Shown here: positions 33,201-41,905 of the stretch, one piece after another
Layout: every line of letters starts with the position of its first letter
Position numbering within the stretch: the first letter of the stretch is position 1
Assembly: GCA_001724265.1 (NCBI GenBank)
Contig: MEDY01000113.1
Coordinates: 1-64,000, forward strand
Direction of reading: 5' to 3'
DNA length: 64,000 bases
Source of the DNA: Rhizaria sp. SCN 62-66
Lineage: Eukaryota
Made by a program: the position numbers and the translations under genes
Notes under the pieces: generated by a model
Seen by the model: the letters and a program-made list of their open reading frames with translations, nothing else
Told to the model about the DNA's origin: nothing
The model's database searches: none

Positions 33201-35486
33201 GTACTCTTGGAAAGGGTTCATGCTGATGGTCACAGGTGCGAGCCGACTCGCGTGTTTGTTCTTTGATGGAGTGCCGCCAGGAGTGACGACAGCTGTCACT
33301 TCCAGCGTCTCGATGTCGTCATCGCTGTCGCCGCCGTTGTCTTGGTTGTCGGCATCAGTGTTGTCAACATCAGTCATCCTCTTCTGGGCCGCAACAGCAG
33401 CCGCTTGCTCATTTTGCACTTGCTCTTGCTGCTGCTGTTGCAGTGCGGCGCCATCGTCGCCGCCGTCGTCGTTGCCGTCGCCGTCGTCGTCGCTCGTGCG
33501 CAGCATGCCCGCCACAAAGGCGTCGCCCTCGCCCTCGAGCAGCCCCATGAGCGTGCCCTGACGCCCGCCCTTGAGCCGCGCCTTCTCCCGACCAGCCGCC
33601 AGCGCGGCCGCGACGGCGACCTCGGCTGCGGCCTCGCGCCGCTGCTGCGCCTGGCCCAAACTCAGCCCCAGACTGGCTGCGGGCGCATTCGCCCCACTGC
33701 TTGCACCGTTCGCACCCGCAATGGTGGCATCATTGTGGCTGTAATTCGCGTTCGCACCGCTGTTGAGCGGCCGCGCGGTGAGCAAGATGCGCGAGTCGGC
33801 CACGAAGGCGCGCTCGGACAGGTGCGCGTAGCGGAACCGCGCCGCTGAGCCAGGGGCGCCGCGGACGCTGGGCAGCGGCAGCGAGCGCTGCGCCGGCGGC
33901 AGCGACAGCTGCTGCTGCTGTTGCTGCTGCTGCTGTAAGTGCTGCTGATGCTGTTGCTGCTGTAGCCCGGTGGCGGCAGTCGTGGGCGCACTGGGGGCAA
34001 AGGCCCGGGCAGCTGCAGTCATTGAGGTCGGCGCCGTTGCAGCAGTCAGTCGGCCGGGCCCTGCTTCTGCGGTTGACCCGGCTGCTGCGGCGGCGGCAGC
34101 GGCGGCGGCGGCAGCAGCGGCGGCAGTCACGGGCGCAGCCACATGAGGGGCAGCGGAGTAGCCCGGGGCAGAGCCTGGAGCGTGCACTGGACCACGAGCA
34201 TAGCCGTGGGCTGGGGCGGTCACAGCGGGGCGCGCGGAGTTAGGGGCAGAGCTGTAGACAGAGCCTGCGACCGGGCCGGAGGCGGGAGCAAAACCACCGG
34301 GACCAGCAGCAGCAGAAGCATTCGCACTCGTATTCGCTGTCGTGTTCGCTGTCGTGTTCCCAGCGCTCAAAGTGTTCTGCTGGGGCTTGCTGTAGAGACC
34401 GCAGTACGCGTTTTGCGCGGGCGCTTGTGCTGGGTTTGCAGCAGCCCGAACGGAGAGACTAGCGCCCGCAAAAGCTGCAGAAGACGCAGCAGCGGCAGCA
34501 GGCATAGCAGAGGCACTTGCAGGGCGACCGTATCCACTTCCGTGACTGGGAGCAGCTGGTGAGTAACTGTGGGCAACAGAGTGACCGTGGGCAGCAGAGT
34601 GACTGTGAGCGGCGGGCGCGTGCTGCGCCTGCTGCGGAGTCACAAATGCAGACGCAGACGCTGTCGCAGACTGCATCGGCTGAGGCTGCACTGATTGGGA
34701 AACAGAGGCCGACGCTGGCGCAAAGCCCGGCACTGGCATGGGCAATGATATTGGCACTGGCACTGGCATTGGCGCTGGCGCTGGCGCTGGTGCTGGTGCT
34801 GCTGTGTGGTGAACGTGAATTACAGCTGCAGCAGGAGCAGCAGCTGCAGAAACAGCAGCCGCAGGAACAGGAGCTGCGGCGGCAGGTTTGCGGGAGTACA
34901 GCGACACGCGCGCAGCAGTGACGGGCTGCTGCTGCTGTTGCTGCTGCTGCCGCTGTTGCTGTTGCTGCTGCTGTTGTTGCAGCTGGTGATGCTGCTGGTG
35001 ATGCTGTTGCTGGTGATGTTTAGTGGCTACAACTGCTGGTAACGCAACAGCAGCAGAGCTCGGAGCAGAGCCATGTACCGCAGGCACAGCGCCAGCAACT
35101 GCAACGTATGGGTGCCTCTGAGCGTTTACATGAACAGTGCCAGTGGCAGTGGCAGTGACAGGCACAGCGGCTGCAGACGCAGCGGCTGCAGACGCAAAGG
35201 TTGGCGCGTATGGCGTCGCGGCTGAGTCGGTCGGGGTCAGCTGCGGCGGGCGCTGCTGCGCGGGCGCGGGCTGGGGCGCGATTTGAGCAACAGTAGGGGC
35301 AGCACCAGTCGCAGCAACAACAGCATGAGCAGGGATGACAGGAAGGGTGGCAGTCTGAGGGGCCTGTGACGTATAATTAGCCACAGTAGATGCAAGCGCA
35401 TGTGCAGACGGTATAGAAACACCTGTCGTAGCAGGAACAGCCCCGGGTTGCGGCTGGGGCTTTTTATATCGGCTGTAAATGCTCAT
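27240..35486 (-). CDS. FANCM: FANCM/Mph1/Hef-family DEAH-box DNA helicase/translocase, 2748 aa
   Basis: Single long ORF. WLYP...VRAYQ (Q motif), NTLVCLPTGLGKT (I), APTRPLVTQQ (Ia), ATPQT, DEAHRATGNYAY (II), LALSATPG (III), HPKL, VIVF (IV), GMSQQEQ, ATSIGEEGLDI (V), IQRMGRAGR (VI). Stop TAA. Confidence 0.92.
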   Translation of the reverse strand: MSIYSRYKKPQPQPGAVPATTGVSIPSAHALASTVANYTSQAPQTATLPVIPAHAVVAATGAAPTVAQIAPQPAPAQQRPPQLTPTDSAATPYAPTFASAAAASAAAVPVTATATGTVHVNAQRHPYVAVAGAVPAVHGSAPSSAAVALPAVVATKHHQQQHHQQHHQLQQQQQQQQQRQQQQQQQQPVTAARVSLYSRKPAAAAPVPAAAVSAAAAPAAAVIHVHHTAAPAPAPAPAPMPVPVPISLPMPVPGFAPASASVSQSVQPQPMQSATASASAFVTPQQAQHAPAAHSHSAAHGHSVAHSYSPAAPSHGSGYGRPASASAMPAAAAASSAAFAGASLSVRAAANPAQAPAQNAYCGLYSKPQQNTLSAGNTTANTTANTSANASAAAGPGGFAPASGPVAGSVYSSAPNSARPAVTAPAHGYARGPVHAPGSAPGYSAAPHVAAPVTAAAAAAAAAAAAAAAGSTAEAGPGRLTAATAPTSMTAAARAFAPSAPTTAATGLQQQQHQQHLQQQQQQQQQLSLPPAQRSLPLPSVRGAPGSAARFRYAHLSERAFVADSRILLTARPLNSGANANYSHNDATIAGANGASSGANAPAASLGLSLGQAQQRREAAAEVAVAAALAAGREKARLKGGRQGTLMGLLEGEGDAFVAGMLRTSDDDGDGNDDGGDDGAALQQQQQEQVQNEQAAAVAAQKRMTDVDNTDADNQDNGGDSDDDIETLEVTAVVTPGGTPSKNKHASRLAPVTISMNPFQEYSPKKQQSSAINLFTRLQPHQQQPQQQQHRQQPQSAFARRASSVPQPQFDPATAGSWLYPAASVRAYQRAIAAHALRENTLVCLPTGLGKTLIAAVVLANLLRWYPRGLAVMMAPTRPLVTQQAAACRALAGFHPADCAILDGSLPPARRQQLWETARVVFATPQTVDGDLGRGAVPTERVVCAVYDEAHRATGNYAYVSVAAALRRVRAPCRVLALSATPGSGLGQVQEVVTALGISALQVRTEEDADVVRHMHGREKEVIVVGLTPLLRGPIAAAAQLVRTALERLRRFRDVSVHSTEPELYTRAALERARREFAARAAREPRLRALRGSVEAAFLVAQAAVLAFSRAKAVGLSQLRRVLRQSFPAELARARMQDLRGADLARALLARDPVCEALRAQLDALLARGGAAWGARAHPKLQVLRDLLCAHFDVKLGEIPPDADVDYSVEDDGGSATHSSGMSLTVSSSSHSSASASASAGESGDAGWSRFVGEFRPSTRMRQLREQQRQLEIQQERQQRKELKLQHQQKQLQLKQNNDDESQHIKTEAKPELSESTGQLNASGNSKPNVASLATDSDSDAERKSDRAGDAGRGSGIEIASEEEEEVDIRGGGVIVFTSLRDTAAEIVNMLLRCGPRVRPMLFIGQSSRAASTGGAGAKAARGGGKGSHGHSGGGGGGGTVRGVWNKSGAGDDDDDDFDDDSVLYSSSSAASSHNANSGGAAAAAAAAEAEHDSGAGGAVTGQQGMSQQEQAAVVARFQAGLCNVLVATSIGEEGLDIGSVDLTIAYDGSGSAIRTIQRMGRAGRARAGRCVTLATEGTEARALFTSLNSVDFIYSMLKRERLRPTLDVAVGPDLVPHRTANTNSNNNGHGHGHTAAAALIPPVCVLAPPGALAPPPSEAALRAAEAAAAAVAAKEARAMAKGRGRGGANAITHGHGGGDDTDNGGQSGVIPAMSALAVAAVAAQRERAYYDEYLRLNFEEAEEWGQARLAALRNAPAITLSLDSNNNNSNDNANMGVGGLRRALVLGSMVGSRARAAADIMQLTNEDNNRNDRRASEVADNAGDNGDDDDNADYDADAYNYDEPFVDDNFLPGTPPLRSQSQSQSPPRLYARSLPHSPSRGQSRLHSALDSDGCGDIVDEEPPPLQPLSQPNESHNAHNTLQRRISANTPAAALTATADANSTDAAASASGSSLEQSPFKRGTDNCAPSGRFDRDDVRNTSSAGVDSDTESVTVTHSYITAEHRRSRAIKRETQRAQERDTQGEVARAPSARIAATIGASSSSSSSSSSSSSSSSSGSSASDGEDSTTSVSDISSDSTDGSSSSSSVCTAATTFGPPVPVPLLASDDASALDHSDTVPNTPARASARQTSADSAPPLRAALSDVSTATCRLSPQARTGAADAAATPAIAGQSSDNSNAALRGFEAPSLLHVAPQPPPVPQLSAQSPAPLRSVLRSPPVRLTAATTVTAATARLVATATTASSAAATAGATRAATGTGATPHKPVPPLLGPYTAPLQSVAPRLLRQLSQSLSQSQSQSQSQTGLQSQTRSHSHSQSRVHSEWPTAAAHPQGQAPLSASASSASDTGVIVRNTAVAGAGTGTSAAALRRARVLDDSTSTDVTPPHPAPVPRHPLSVAARRDSVDGDDHEEESDAVIGPQHSRRRLHNGAADATRTGGANKTRTVMLRKRVIADTDTDTDTQSVTLQQPVRQNHGGSDQDGESSVRESLSAFRTQDSEIEVTSSVPRPASSSSSKSHSRLVSNQGQQQQHASRFLDMTAAVRFRSAPARGSAAQARRRSRVLGNDDDDDDSESDDDSNGGGGVSVDDDDGDDDGSVGSLADFICSDDNGDGDDNDDDAESVTVANTQSTASPSGPGHGRRSDSRNQGGHGRVRVRSARDAVSLYHALQRQLSQEEHALMVSGRGSGARGRALAAAYRAAAEERAHGGREIVADDDYCSDDGDAHSILEGEDDDDEEQHQYQFGPNYNSWK

Positions 35487-36273
35487 GTGGGCATGCCTCC
35501 TGAGGAAGTGTGCTAACGGGCTAGGGGCAAGAACAAAAGTCAGCGGCAGATGTCAAGGAATGCGTGTGTAAGAAGTATAATTGGAAATACAGGACTTAAA
35601 AATAGATTTAGTTCAGGAAATTGTGTTGAAACGACTATAGACGGAGTGTATACATGACGTTGGCGTGGCTCGAACCAAACACGAAGGCGCCACCAGTCCA
35701 CCACCTTGCTTCGCTGCACTGCGATCTGGCGCGGTCCGTCGCAGCGCGTAGAGCAGGGACCGAAAAAAATTAGAGCAAAGGTTGAGTTTTGAGTTTGGCA
35801 AGAAGTCAGCTTTAAGTCATGTTTAACCGTGCTTATGGGCAGCACATTTGTTGTTATGGGGTTGACGAAGTTATTCTCTCATAATATCTTTATATTAGTT
35901 GCAGATGTGCCTCAAAACATGTCCGTCCGCAAAGGCGGTCAGCCACAGCAAGTGACTGTGGGTCGGGGCTGTGGCCGATCAGCTCAAGAACGTCGGCCGT
36001 GCGTCTGCGGAGCATCATTAAACGCCGAAAATAGTGAATATAACTAGTCATGTGTCTCCGCGACCTATCACTTCCACGTCTGCTTCATAAATCCCATATG
36101 AACCACTTCCCGCCTGACGCCGCCGCTCACGCCTCGTCCTGCTTCCTTCCCGAAAATTATTCTCTGCTCCTTTATCCCTCCTTTGCCCCACAGCTTTTCC
36201 CCTTTTGCTTTATCCGCCACACGGTTGGCATCTCGTTCTTCCTTTCCTCCGCCGCCCACCCGCCGCGCGCCCC

Positions 36274-39200
36274 ATGGACCCCGCCACCGGCGCCGCGGGC
36301 ACCGCCGCCCCCACCACCACGAACAGCTCCCACACTCCCACCCTCGTCAGCAGCAGCAGCGGCGGCGGCAGTCGCAACGACAACATGAGTCACCACAGCC
36401 CGGGCGCGAGCGCGCTGCCGCTGTCGTCGTCGTACGTGCGCGCCGCGGTGGTGGCGCGGCACGAGCGCGCGCCGGCGCGGCTGAACCACGCGCGCGACGA
36501 CCACAACGAGGGGCTCGGCCTCCGCATGGCCTTCAGCAACAACGACGACGACGATGACGATGACGACGACGACGATGGCGACGGCTATAACGGCAGCGCG
36601 AGCACGGAAACGAGCGCCTTGGGCTCCGGGCTCGCCGGCTTCGGCCGCGGGCTCGCGCAGCTCGACACCGACGCCGCTAACAACAACCCCGCCTTCGCCC
36701 ACAGACACAGCCACCACGGCTCGACGTCCGAGTCGGACACGGAGACGGAGCCCGACTCGAGCGCCGCCTCGGCCGCGACGTCCCCCAACACGGCCGCCGC
36801 GCTGGCCGCCGCGACCGCGCGCGCGGGCCGCCGCGCCGAAGCCGCCGCGCGCGCCACCGACGCCCTGTCGCGGTCCTCACTGCTGCCGCCCAGCGACCGC
36901 TGGCGCGTGTGGTGGGGCGACCTGGACGCGGACGCCGTGATGACGCACCGGGATGCGCTCCGGCCCGCCGTCGCCGCGCTGCTGCCGGAGCCCTACGTCG
37001 TTAACAGCAACAACAGCAGCAGCTGTGGTGCGATGTCGCTATGTGACAGCGACTCCAGCCCGAGCTCCACGACTGCTGCGGCGGCCAGCGCAGGCGGGCG
37101 CGCCTTGGAGCCCGTGTCGCCGCGGCCGGCCGTGGCGGTGCGGCCGCCGCTGTCATGGGCCGTCATCCCCGAGGTGATCCGGGCCGCGCAGTCGCTCTGC
37201 ACTAACAACAACAACAACAACAGTCGCATTTACAGCAACGACAGCGCTGCGAGCACGAACGCGTCACAGCAAGACGCCTCGAACGCGAGCGCCAGCGTGG
37301 GGCCTGTGCCGCCGCCGCCGCTGTCGCCGCAGCCGCGCGCCGCATCCTCCTCCTCCTCCTCATCGTCGTCGTCGCCGCCGCTGTCCGCCGCGTCGACCGC
37401 CGCGTCCAACGCCGCGCTGACCTCGAGCCCTGGCGCCGGCTCCGTCGCACAGCCGCCGCTGCCGGCACCGCGCTGGCCGGCGCGCGCGCTGCTGGCGGGC
37501 CGTGAATACCTGGCTCTGGAGCTGCTGCGGTGCGCCGACGCGTGCGGCCGCCGCGCGCTCGAGGGCGGCGTCGTGCCCGTAGTGACGTCCTGGCTGCCGC
37601 GCTGCCGGACCAGGGCTGCCGGCGACAGCGACGGTGCTGAGGCAGAGAGCAGTCACGGTGGGGGCAGCGACACGGCGACAACGACGACTGACGCCGATGA
37701 CGGCGGCGACCTCCGGAGCTGCAGCGAGGACGAAAACGCGCTGGCCGCCGCCGTCGTCGCCCTGCTGGCCCGGCTGCCGATCGAGGCCCGCGACGAGCTG
37801 TGCTCTCCGGCTGCCGCCGCCGCCGCCGCCAACTCCCCCGCCGCCGCTGCTGCCGCGGCCTCTGCTGCCGCCGCCGCCGTCGCCGCTGTGTCTGAAGGCA
37901 CTGAGACGGATGAGGCAGCGGGGTCGGCCGCCGCCGCCGCCGCCGCCGCCGCGATTGTTGCCGCGGTGACCGAGGCCGGCGCCGCCACGTGGCCCTCGGT
38001 GGACGCTGCGGCCGCCAGCGTCGGTACCAGCGGCGGCGCTATGGACGACAGCGACGACTTCGACGACTATGGTGACGACGACAACGACGACGACGAAAAC
38101 AACAATAGTAGGACGTCGAGCGATGCTGTGCCTGCGCCTGTGCGCGCGCTGCTGCGCCTGGCCCGCCGCTCCCGGGGCAGCGCCGCCTCGGCCGCAGCCA
38201 GCGAGGTGGTGGAGCGTTGGCGGCAGCTGCCCGCGGTCTCCACGGCCTCCCCCGCCGTCGTGGCCGCTGCGGCCGCCGCCGCCGCCGCCGCGACGGGCGA
38301 GGATCCCGCCGCGTTGGGCCTCGGGCTCGGCGGCCTCGGCCTGGGGCTCGGGCTGGGGCTCGGGCGGCGGGGCGGCCGGCCGGCGATCTCGGTGCTGACG
38401 GGTGAAGACGTCTCGCCTGTCGGCACGCCCTTCTCCGCGCTGCCCACGGGCGCCATCACCAGCACAGGCTGCGACAACGACGGCGACGGAACGCCCGGCT
38501 TGGGCTTGGGTAGTCATGGGACGCCGGGGGGCGTGGCCTCGCTCAGCGTCGACATGCCCGGCCCGTACCACGACCGCAACAGCAGCAACAATCACAATGA
38601 CGACAGCGGCAACAGCGCCGTCGCCGCGGCGGCAGACGGCCGCAACGGCGTCATGTCGGTGCCCGCCACGCCCGGCGCGTTCGGCCACGCCAACAGCGGA
38701 TCCGAAAGCGACGGCACGGCCTCGCCTGGCACTCACAGCTCTGGCGCTGGCGATGACGCTGACGAGGGAGGTCCGGCGGTCAAGCGCGCGCGTGCAGCGG
38801 AGACCGGTGGCGGCGGCTTCGGTGCTGGCGGCGTTATCGTCCAGCTGCCCTCAGTTGCCGCTAACAGCAGTGGCAGTGGCGCGCTGCAGCCGACGTCGTT
38901 CTCGATCACGCGGTCCGGCCCCGGCATCACGCCCACGCTCACCGTCACCTCGATCCTCAAGCGCGGGCCCGGCGGTCTCCCGCTCGCCGGCGCGGGCCCC
39001 AACGCTAACAGCGGCGTCAGCGCGAGCGGCGCCGCCGCTGCCGGTGCCAGCGCCGCAGGCGCGCGCCGCCAGAAGGCGAGGATTGTATTCGCGCCCGACT
39101 CTGCGCTGGTGGCGACGCGCTACTTCAACCGCTTCGACCCATCGGCCAAGGCGGCGCCCGCGGCCGGCGAGCCTGGTGAGCCGGTCCCGGTCGACTGGGC

Positions 39201-41469
39201 CGGCATCGCCGTCGAGTACGTACCCGAGGCCGCCGACGCCGAGCGCGCGCGCGCAGCCATCGTCGCCGAGGCCGCCGCGCGCCGCGCGCCCCCGATCAAG
39301 GGCGGCCTCGCGGACGGCGCGGCTCCCGCTGGCGGCGCGGGCGGCGTGGGCGGCGGGCTGGGGGAGGCAGCGTTCGGCGTGCGCCGCGGCGCCCCCCCGG
39401 CTACGTCGTGGTCGGTCGCGCCCTGGGTCATCCCGCCCCTCGTCCGCGGGCCTGTCCCCTCGCCGGACTCAGCCTCTGCCGCCCACGGTGACGGTCACGG
39501 TGACGCGATGGCTGCGGCTGCGGTGCCGCCGAGCGCGCCCGAGACGGAGGAGTGCACGGCGCAGCGGCAGCGCGACGCCAGCGTGCTGGGCGTGGTGTAC
39601 CTCAGCCAGGCCCACATCCCCGCCAACCCGATCCCCGCACCCGCGCCCACGCCCGCGCCCGGCGCTGTGACCGCATCTGCGGGTGCCTCTGGCTACGGCG
39701 GCGCGTACGGACCGGACGCCGACGTGCCCCAGTTCCCCCTGGGCTCGATCGTGCGCGCGGAGGACCTCGCCGCCGCGCTGACGCTGCACACGCTCCTGCC
39801 CGCCGCCGACACCCTGGGGGCCGGCGGCGCTCTCGGGGCTGCGGACGCCGCGGCGCTGTCCGTGGCCGGGGGGGACCCCGCGCTCGCGCTCGCGCTGGGG
39901 CTGGAGCTGCCCGGCGTCGCCGTCGGCCCTAGCGCCAGTGCCAATGCCAGTGCCAGTGGCGGGGTCGACCCGCTGACGGCGCTTGCGGTGGGGCTTGCGG
40001 CCGGCAGTGCCAGCGCTGGCGGGAGTGGTGCGAATGTGACCAGCGCCGCCTTGACTGCTGCGGCTGCTGCTGGTGGTGCTGCTCATATGACCGACTCGAG
40101 CGTGCCTAGTGCTGGCGGCGGCGGCGGCGTGAGCGTTGCGGGGGCGACAGGAATGAGCATGGGCGGGCTTGGCGGCATCAGTCCCGTCGGGGGCAGCCAC
40201 ACGGTGGGCGCACAGTCACTTATGCCGAGCTCGCAGTCTCATATGGCTGGGGCACAGTCGCAGATTATGGGCTCCCAGTCGCAGATTATGCCTCAGCCCC
40301 AATCGCATAGTCAGCTTCAGTCTCAGAGTCAGCCTCAGCTTCAGCCGCAAACTCACCCCCAGTTCCAGGGGCAGCAATCGATGCAGCAGCAGCCGTTGAC
40401 GCAGCAGCGGTCGAAGTCGCCTCCCCGCAGCCACAGCCAGGACTACGGTCACGCTCACGCTCACGGTCCTATTCACGGTCCCAGTCAGGGCCTCGGTCAG
40501 GGCCACAGTCCCACTCATGGCCAGCAATTGCACCCGCACGGCCACGGCTACGGTCACCAAGGCCACGGCCACGGGCAGGGACAGGGGCAGGGGCAGGGCT
40601 TTGGACAGGGCCATGGCCACGGTCACGGTCAGGGCTCCTACGGCACTCACGGTACCCATGGTGCTCACGGTCAGTCGTCCCAGAGCGGCTACAACGCTGG
40701 CTACAACAACAGCAGCAGCAGCAGCAGCAGCATGAATCGCCCCCCCGCCGGCCCTGGCGGCCGCAGCGACCGCGGCGACCGCCCCGATGATTACCACAGC
40801 CGAGGCCCCAGCTACAGCCTAGGTCCCGGCCAGCAGCAGCAGGGGCAGCAGCAGGGCCAGGGCCAGGGTCAGTACCGCCCCCCTATGCAGGGCCCCCCCG
40901 GCTCCGGCCCCGGTCGGGACGCCCGCGGCGGCCCTCCCGGCCCCACCGGCCCCGGTGGCTACAGCAGCGGCGGCGGCGGCTACGGTGGCAGCCGCGGCCC
41001 CACCGGTGCGCCCCCCAGCGGGCCCCCGGTGCAGGGCGGCGGTTCCAGCGCGCCCTACCAACAGCAGCAGCAGCAGTACAGGGGCCCTCCTCAGAGCGGC
41101 CCTGGCCCTTACAACGCCGGTGGCCCTTACAACGGCCCTCCGAGCGGCGGCGGCGCCCCGTACAACGGGCCCCCGCGTGGCGGCCCTCAGTACAATGGCC
41201 CCCAGTACTCTGGGCCCCACGGCGGGGGCGGCGGCCCTCACGGCGGCAGCGGCCCGTACAGTGGTCCCGGGGGGCCTCAAAGCCAGGGCCAGAGCCGCGG
41301 CCCCGGCCCTCACGGCCTCGGCCCTCACGGCGCCGGCCCCGGCGGCTATGAAACCGGCGCCGGCTCTGGGGCTGGCGCTGGGGGCAAGCGCATGTGCGCG
41401 TTTCACCGGCCGTGGGAGGGCCGCACGTGCCGCCACGGAAACAACTGCGCCTTCGCGCACTCGAACTAA
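36274..41469 (+). CDS. PNUTS/PPP1R10-like PP1 nuclear targeting subunit with C-terminal CCCH zinc finger, about 1731 aa
   Basis: Likely start MDPATG at 36274. Fragmented TFIIS-N-like helices (VVTSWL...LLARLPI...EVVERWRQL), SILK motif, RVxF-type KARIVF followed by LVATRYF, PWVIPP, EECTAQRQRDASVLGVVYLSQAHIPANP, a G/P/Q/Y/H-rich tail, and terminal CAFHRPWEGRTCRHGNNCAFAH. Stop TAA. Confidence 0.8.
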   Translation: MDPATGAAGTAAPTTTNSSHTPTLVSSSSGGGSRNDNMSHHSPGASALPLSSSYVRAAVVARHERAPARLNHARDDHNEGLGLRMAFSNNDDDDDDDDDDDGDGYNGSASTETSALGSGLAGFGRGLAQLDTDAANNNPAFAHRHSHHGSTSESDTETEPDSSAASAATSPNTAAALAAATARAGRRAEAAARATDALSRSSLLPPSDRWRVWWGDLDADAVMTHRDALRPAVAALLPEPYVVNSNNSSSCGAMSLCDSDSSPSSTTAAAASAGGRALEPVSPRPAVAVRPPLSWAVIPEVIRAAQSLCTNNNNNNSRIYSNDSAASTNASQQDASNASASVGPVPPPPLSPQPRAASSSSSSSSSSPPLSAASTAASNAALTSSPGAGSVAQPPLPAPRWPARALLAGREYLALELLRCADACGRRALEGGVVPVVTSWLPRCRTRAAGDSDGAEAESSHGGGSDTATTTTDADDGGDLRSCSEDENALAAAVVALLARLPIEARDELCSPAAAAAAANSPAAAAAAASAAAAAVAAVSEGTETDEAAGSAAAAAAAAAIVAAVTEAGAATWPSVDAAAASVGTSGGAMDDSDDFDDYGDDDNDDDENNNSRTSSDAVPAPVRALLRLARRSRGSAASAAASEVVERWRQLPAVSTASPAVVAAAAAAAAAATGEDPAALGLGLGGLGLGLGLGLGRRGGRPAISVLTGEDVSPVGTPFSALPTGAITSTGCDNDGDGTPGLGLGSHGTPGGVASLSVDMPGPYHDRNSSNNHNDDSGNSAVAAAADGRNGVMSVPATPGAFGHANSGSESDGTASPGTHSSGAGDDADEGGPAVKRARAAETGGGGFGAGGVIVQLPSVAANSSGSGALQPTSFSITRSGPGITPTLTVTSILKRGPGGLPLAGAGPNANSGVSASGAAAAGASAAGARRQKARIVFAPDSALVATRYFNRFDPSAKAAPAAGEPGEPVPVDWAGIAVEYVPEAADAERARAAIVAEAAARRAPPIKGGLADGAAPAGGAGGVGGGLGEAAFGVRRGAPPATSWSVAPWVIPPLVRGPVPSPDSASAAHGDGHGDAMAAAAVPPSAPETEECTAQRQRDASVLGVVYLSQAHIPANPIPAPAPTPAPGAVTASAGASGYGGAYGPDADVPQFPLGSIVRAEDLAAALTLHTLLPAADTLGAGGALGAADAAALSVAGGDPALALALGLELPGVAVGPSASANASASGGVDPLTALAVGLAAGSASAGGSGANVTSAALTAAAAAGGAAHMTDSSVPSAGGGGGVSVAGATGMSMGGLGGISPVGGSHTVGAQSLMPSSQSHMAGAQSQIMGSQSQIMPQPQSHSQLQSQSQPQLQPQTHPQFQGQQSMQQQPLTQQRSKSPPRSHSQDYGHAHAHGPIHGPSQGLGQGHSPTHGQQLHPHGHGYGHQGHGHGQGQGQGQGFGQGHGHGHGQGSYGTHGTHGAHGQSSQSGYNAGYNNSSSSSSSMNRPPAGPGGRSDRGDRPDDYHSRGPSYSLGPGQQQQGQQQGQGQGQYRPPMQGPPGSGPGRDARGGPPGPTGPGGYSSGGGGYGGSRGPTGAPPSGPPVQGGGSSAPYQQQQQQYRGPPQSGPGPYNAGGPYNGPPSGGGAPYNGPPRGGPQYNGPQYSGPHGGGGGPHGGSGPYSGPGGPQSQGQSRGPGPHGLGPHGAGPGGYETGAGSGAGAGGKRMCAFHRPWEGRTCRHGNNCAFAHSN

Positions 41470-41867
41470 AGCTCTGCGAAGTGATGCAACGTGACACGTC
41501 ACGAAAGTGACGCCGTTCGCTGTTTTTTGTTGCTGTTGTTGTTCAGTCCTACCAAATATGCTGTATTCTTTTTGACGTCAGTCAACTATAAAGCTCCTCG
41601 GGGTAGCTTTATTTCCCCGTTGCCGTACTGTTGTGTTCTTTCTTGACAACAATGTGAGCCTCTGCGTGCTGTCCCCATCGTACGCGCGCAGTATTGGCGT
41701 ATTTATTTCGCGCTTTCTTGCCCTGTTCCTTTTGTTTTAGTTTCTTTTTAATATGTTGTTTGTTTATCACCATCCCTTTTCTCTGGATATTCACTTGCAT
41801 TGTTTTCCCTTCATTTTTATCTTTTGCTCTGTCGGCCTGTTGGTTGGTCAGTCTGTCAGTGTTTGTC

Positions 41868-41869
<2 letters not shown>

Positions 41870-41901
<32 letters not shown>
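41870..41901. repeat. (CT)16 microsatellite
   Basis: Direct reading of the sequence, intergenic between the PNUTS-like and CBS genes. Confidence 0.95.

Positions 41902-41905
<4 letters not shown>

Noticed and set aside
35660-35682. Minus-strand GGTTCGAGCC B-box-like word upstream of FANCM
   Set aside because: No T-stem pairing or cloverleaf.
40860-41350. Short GGCCCC-rich repeats resembling a repeat-spacer array
   Set aside because: They are codons for the Gly-Pro-Tyr-Asn repeats of the PNUTS-like tail; not CRISPR, and no cas genes are present.
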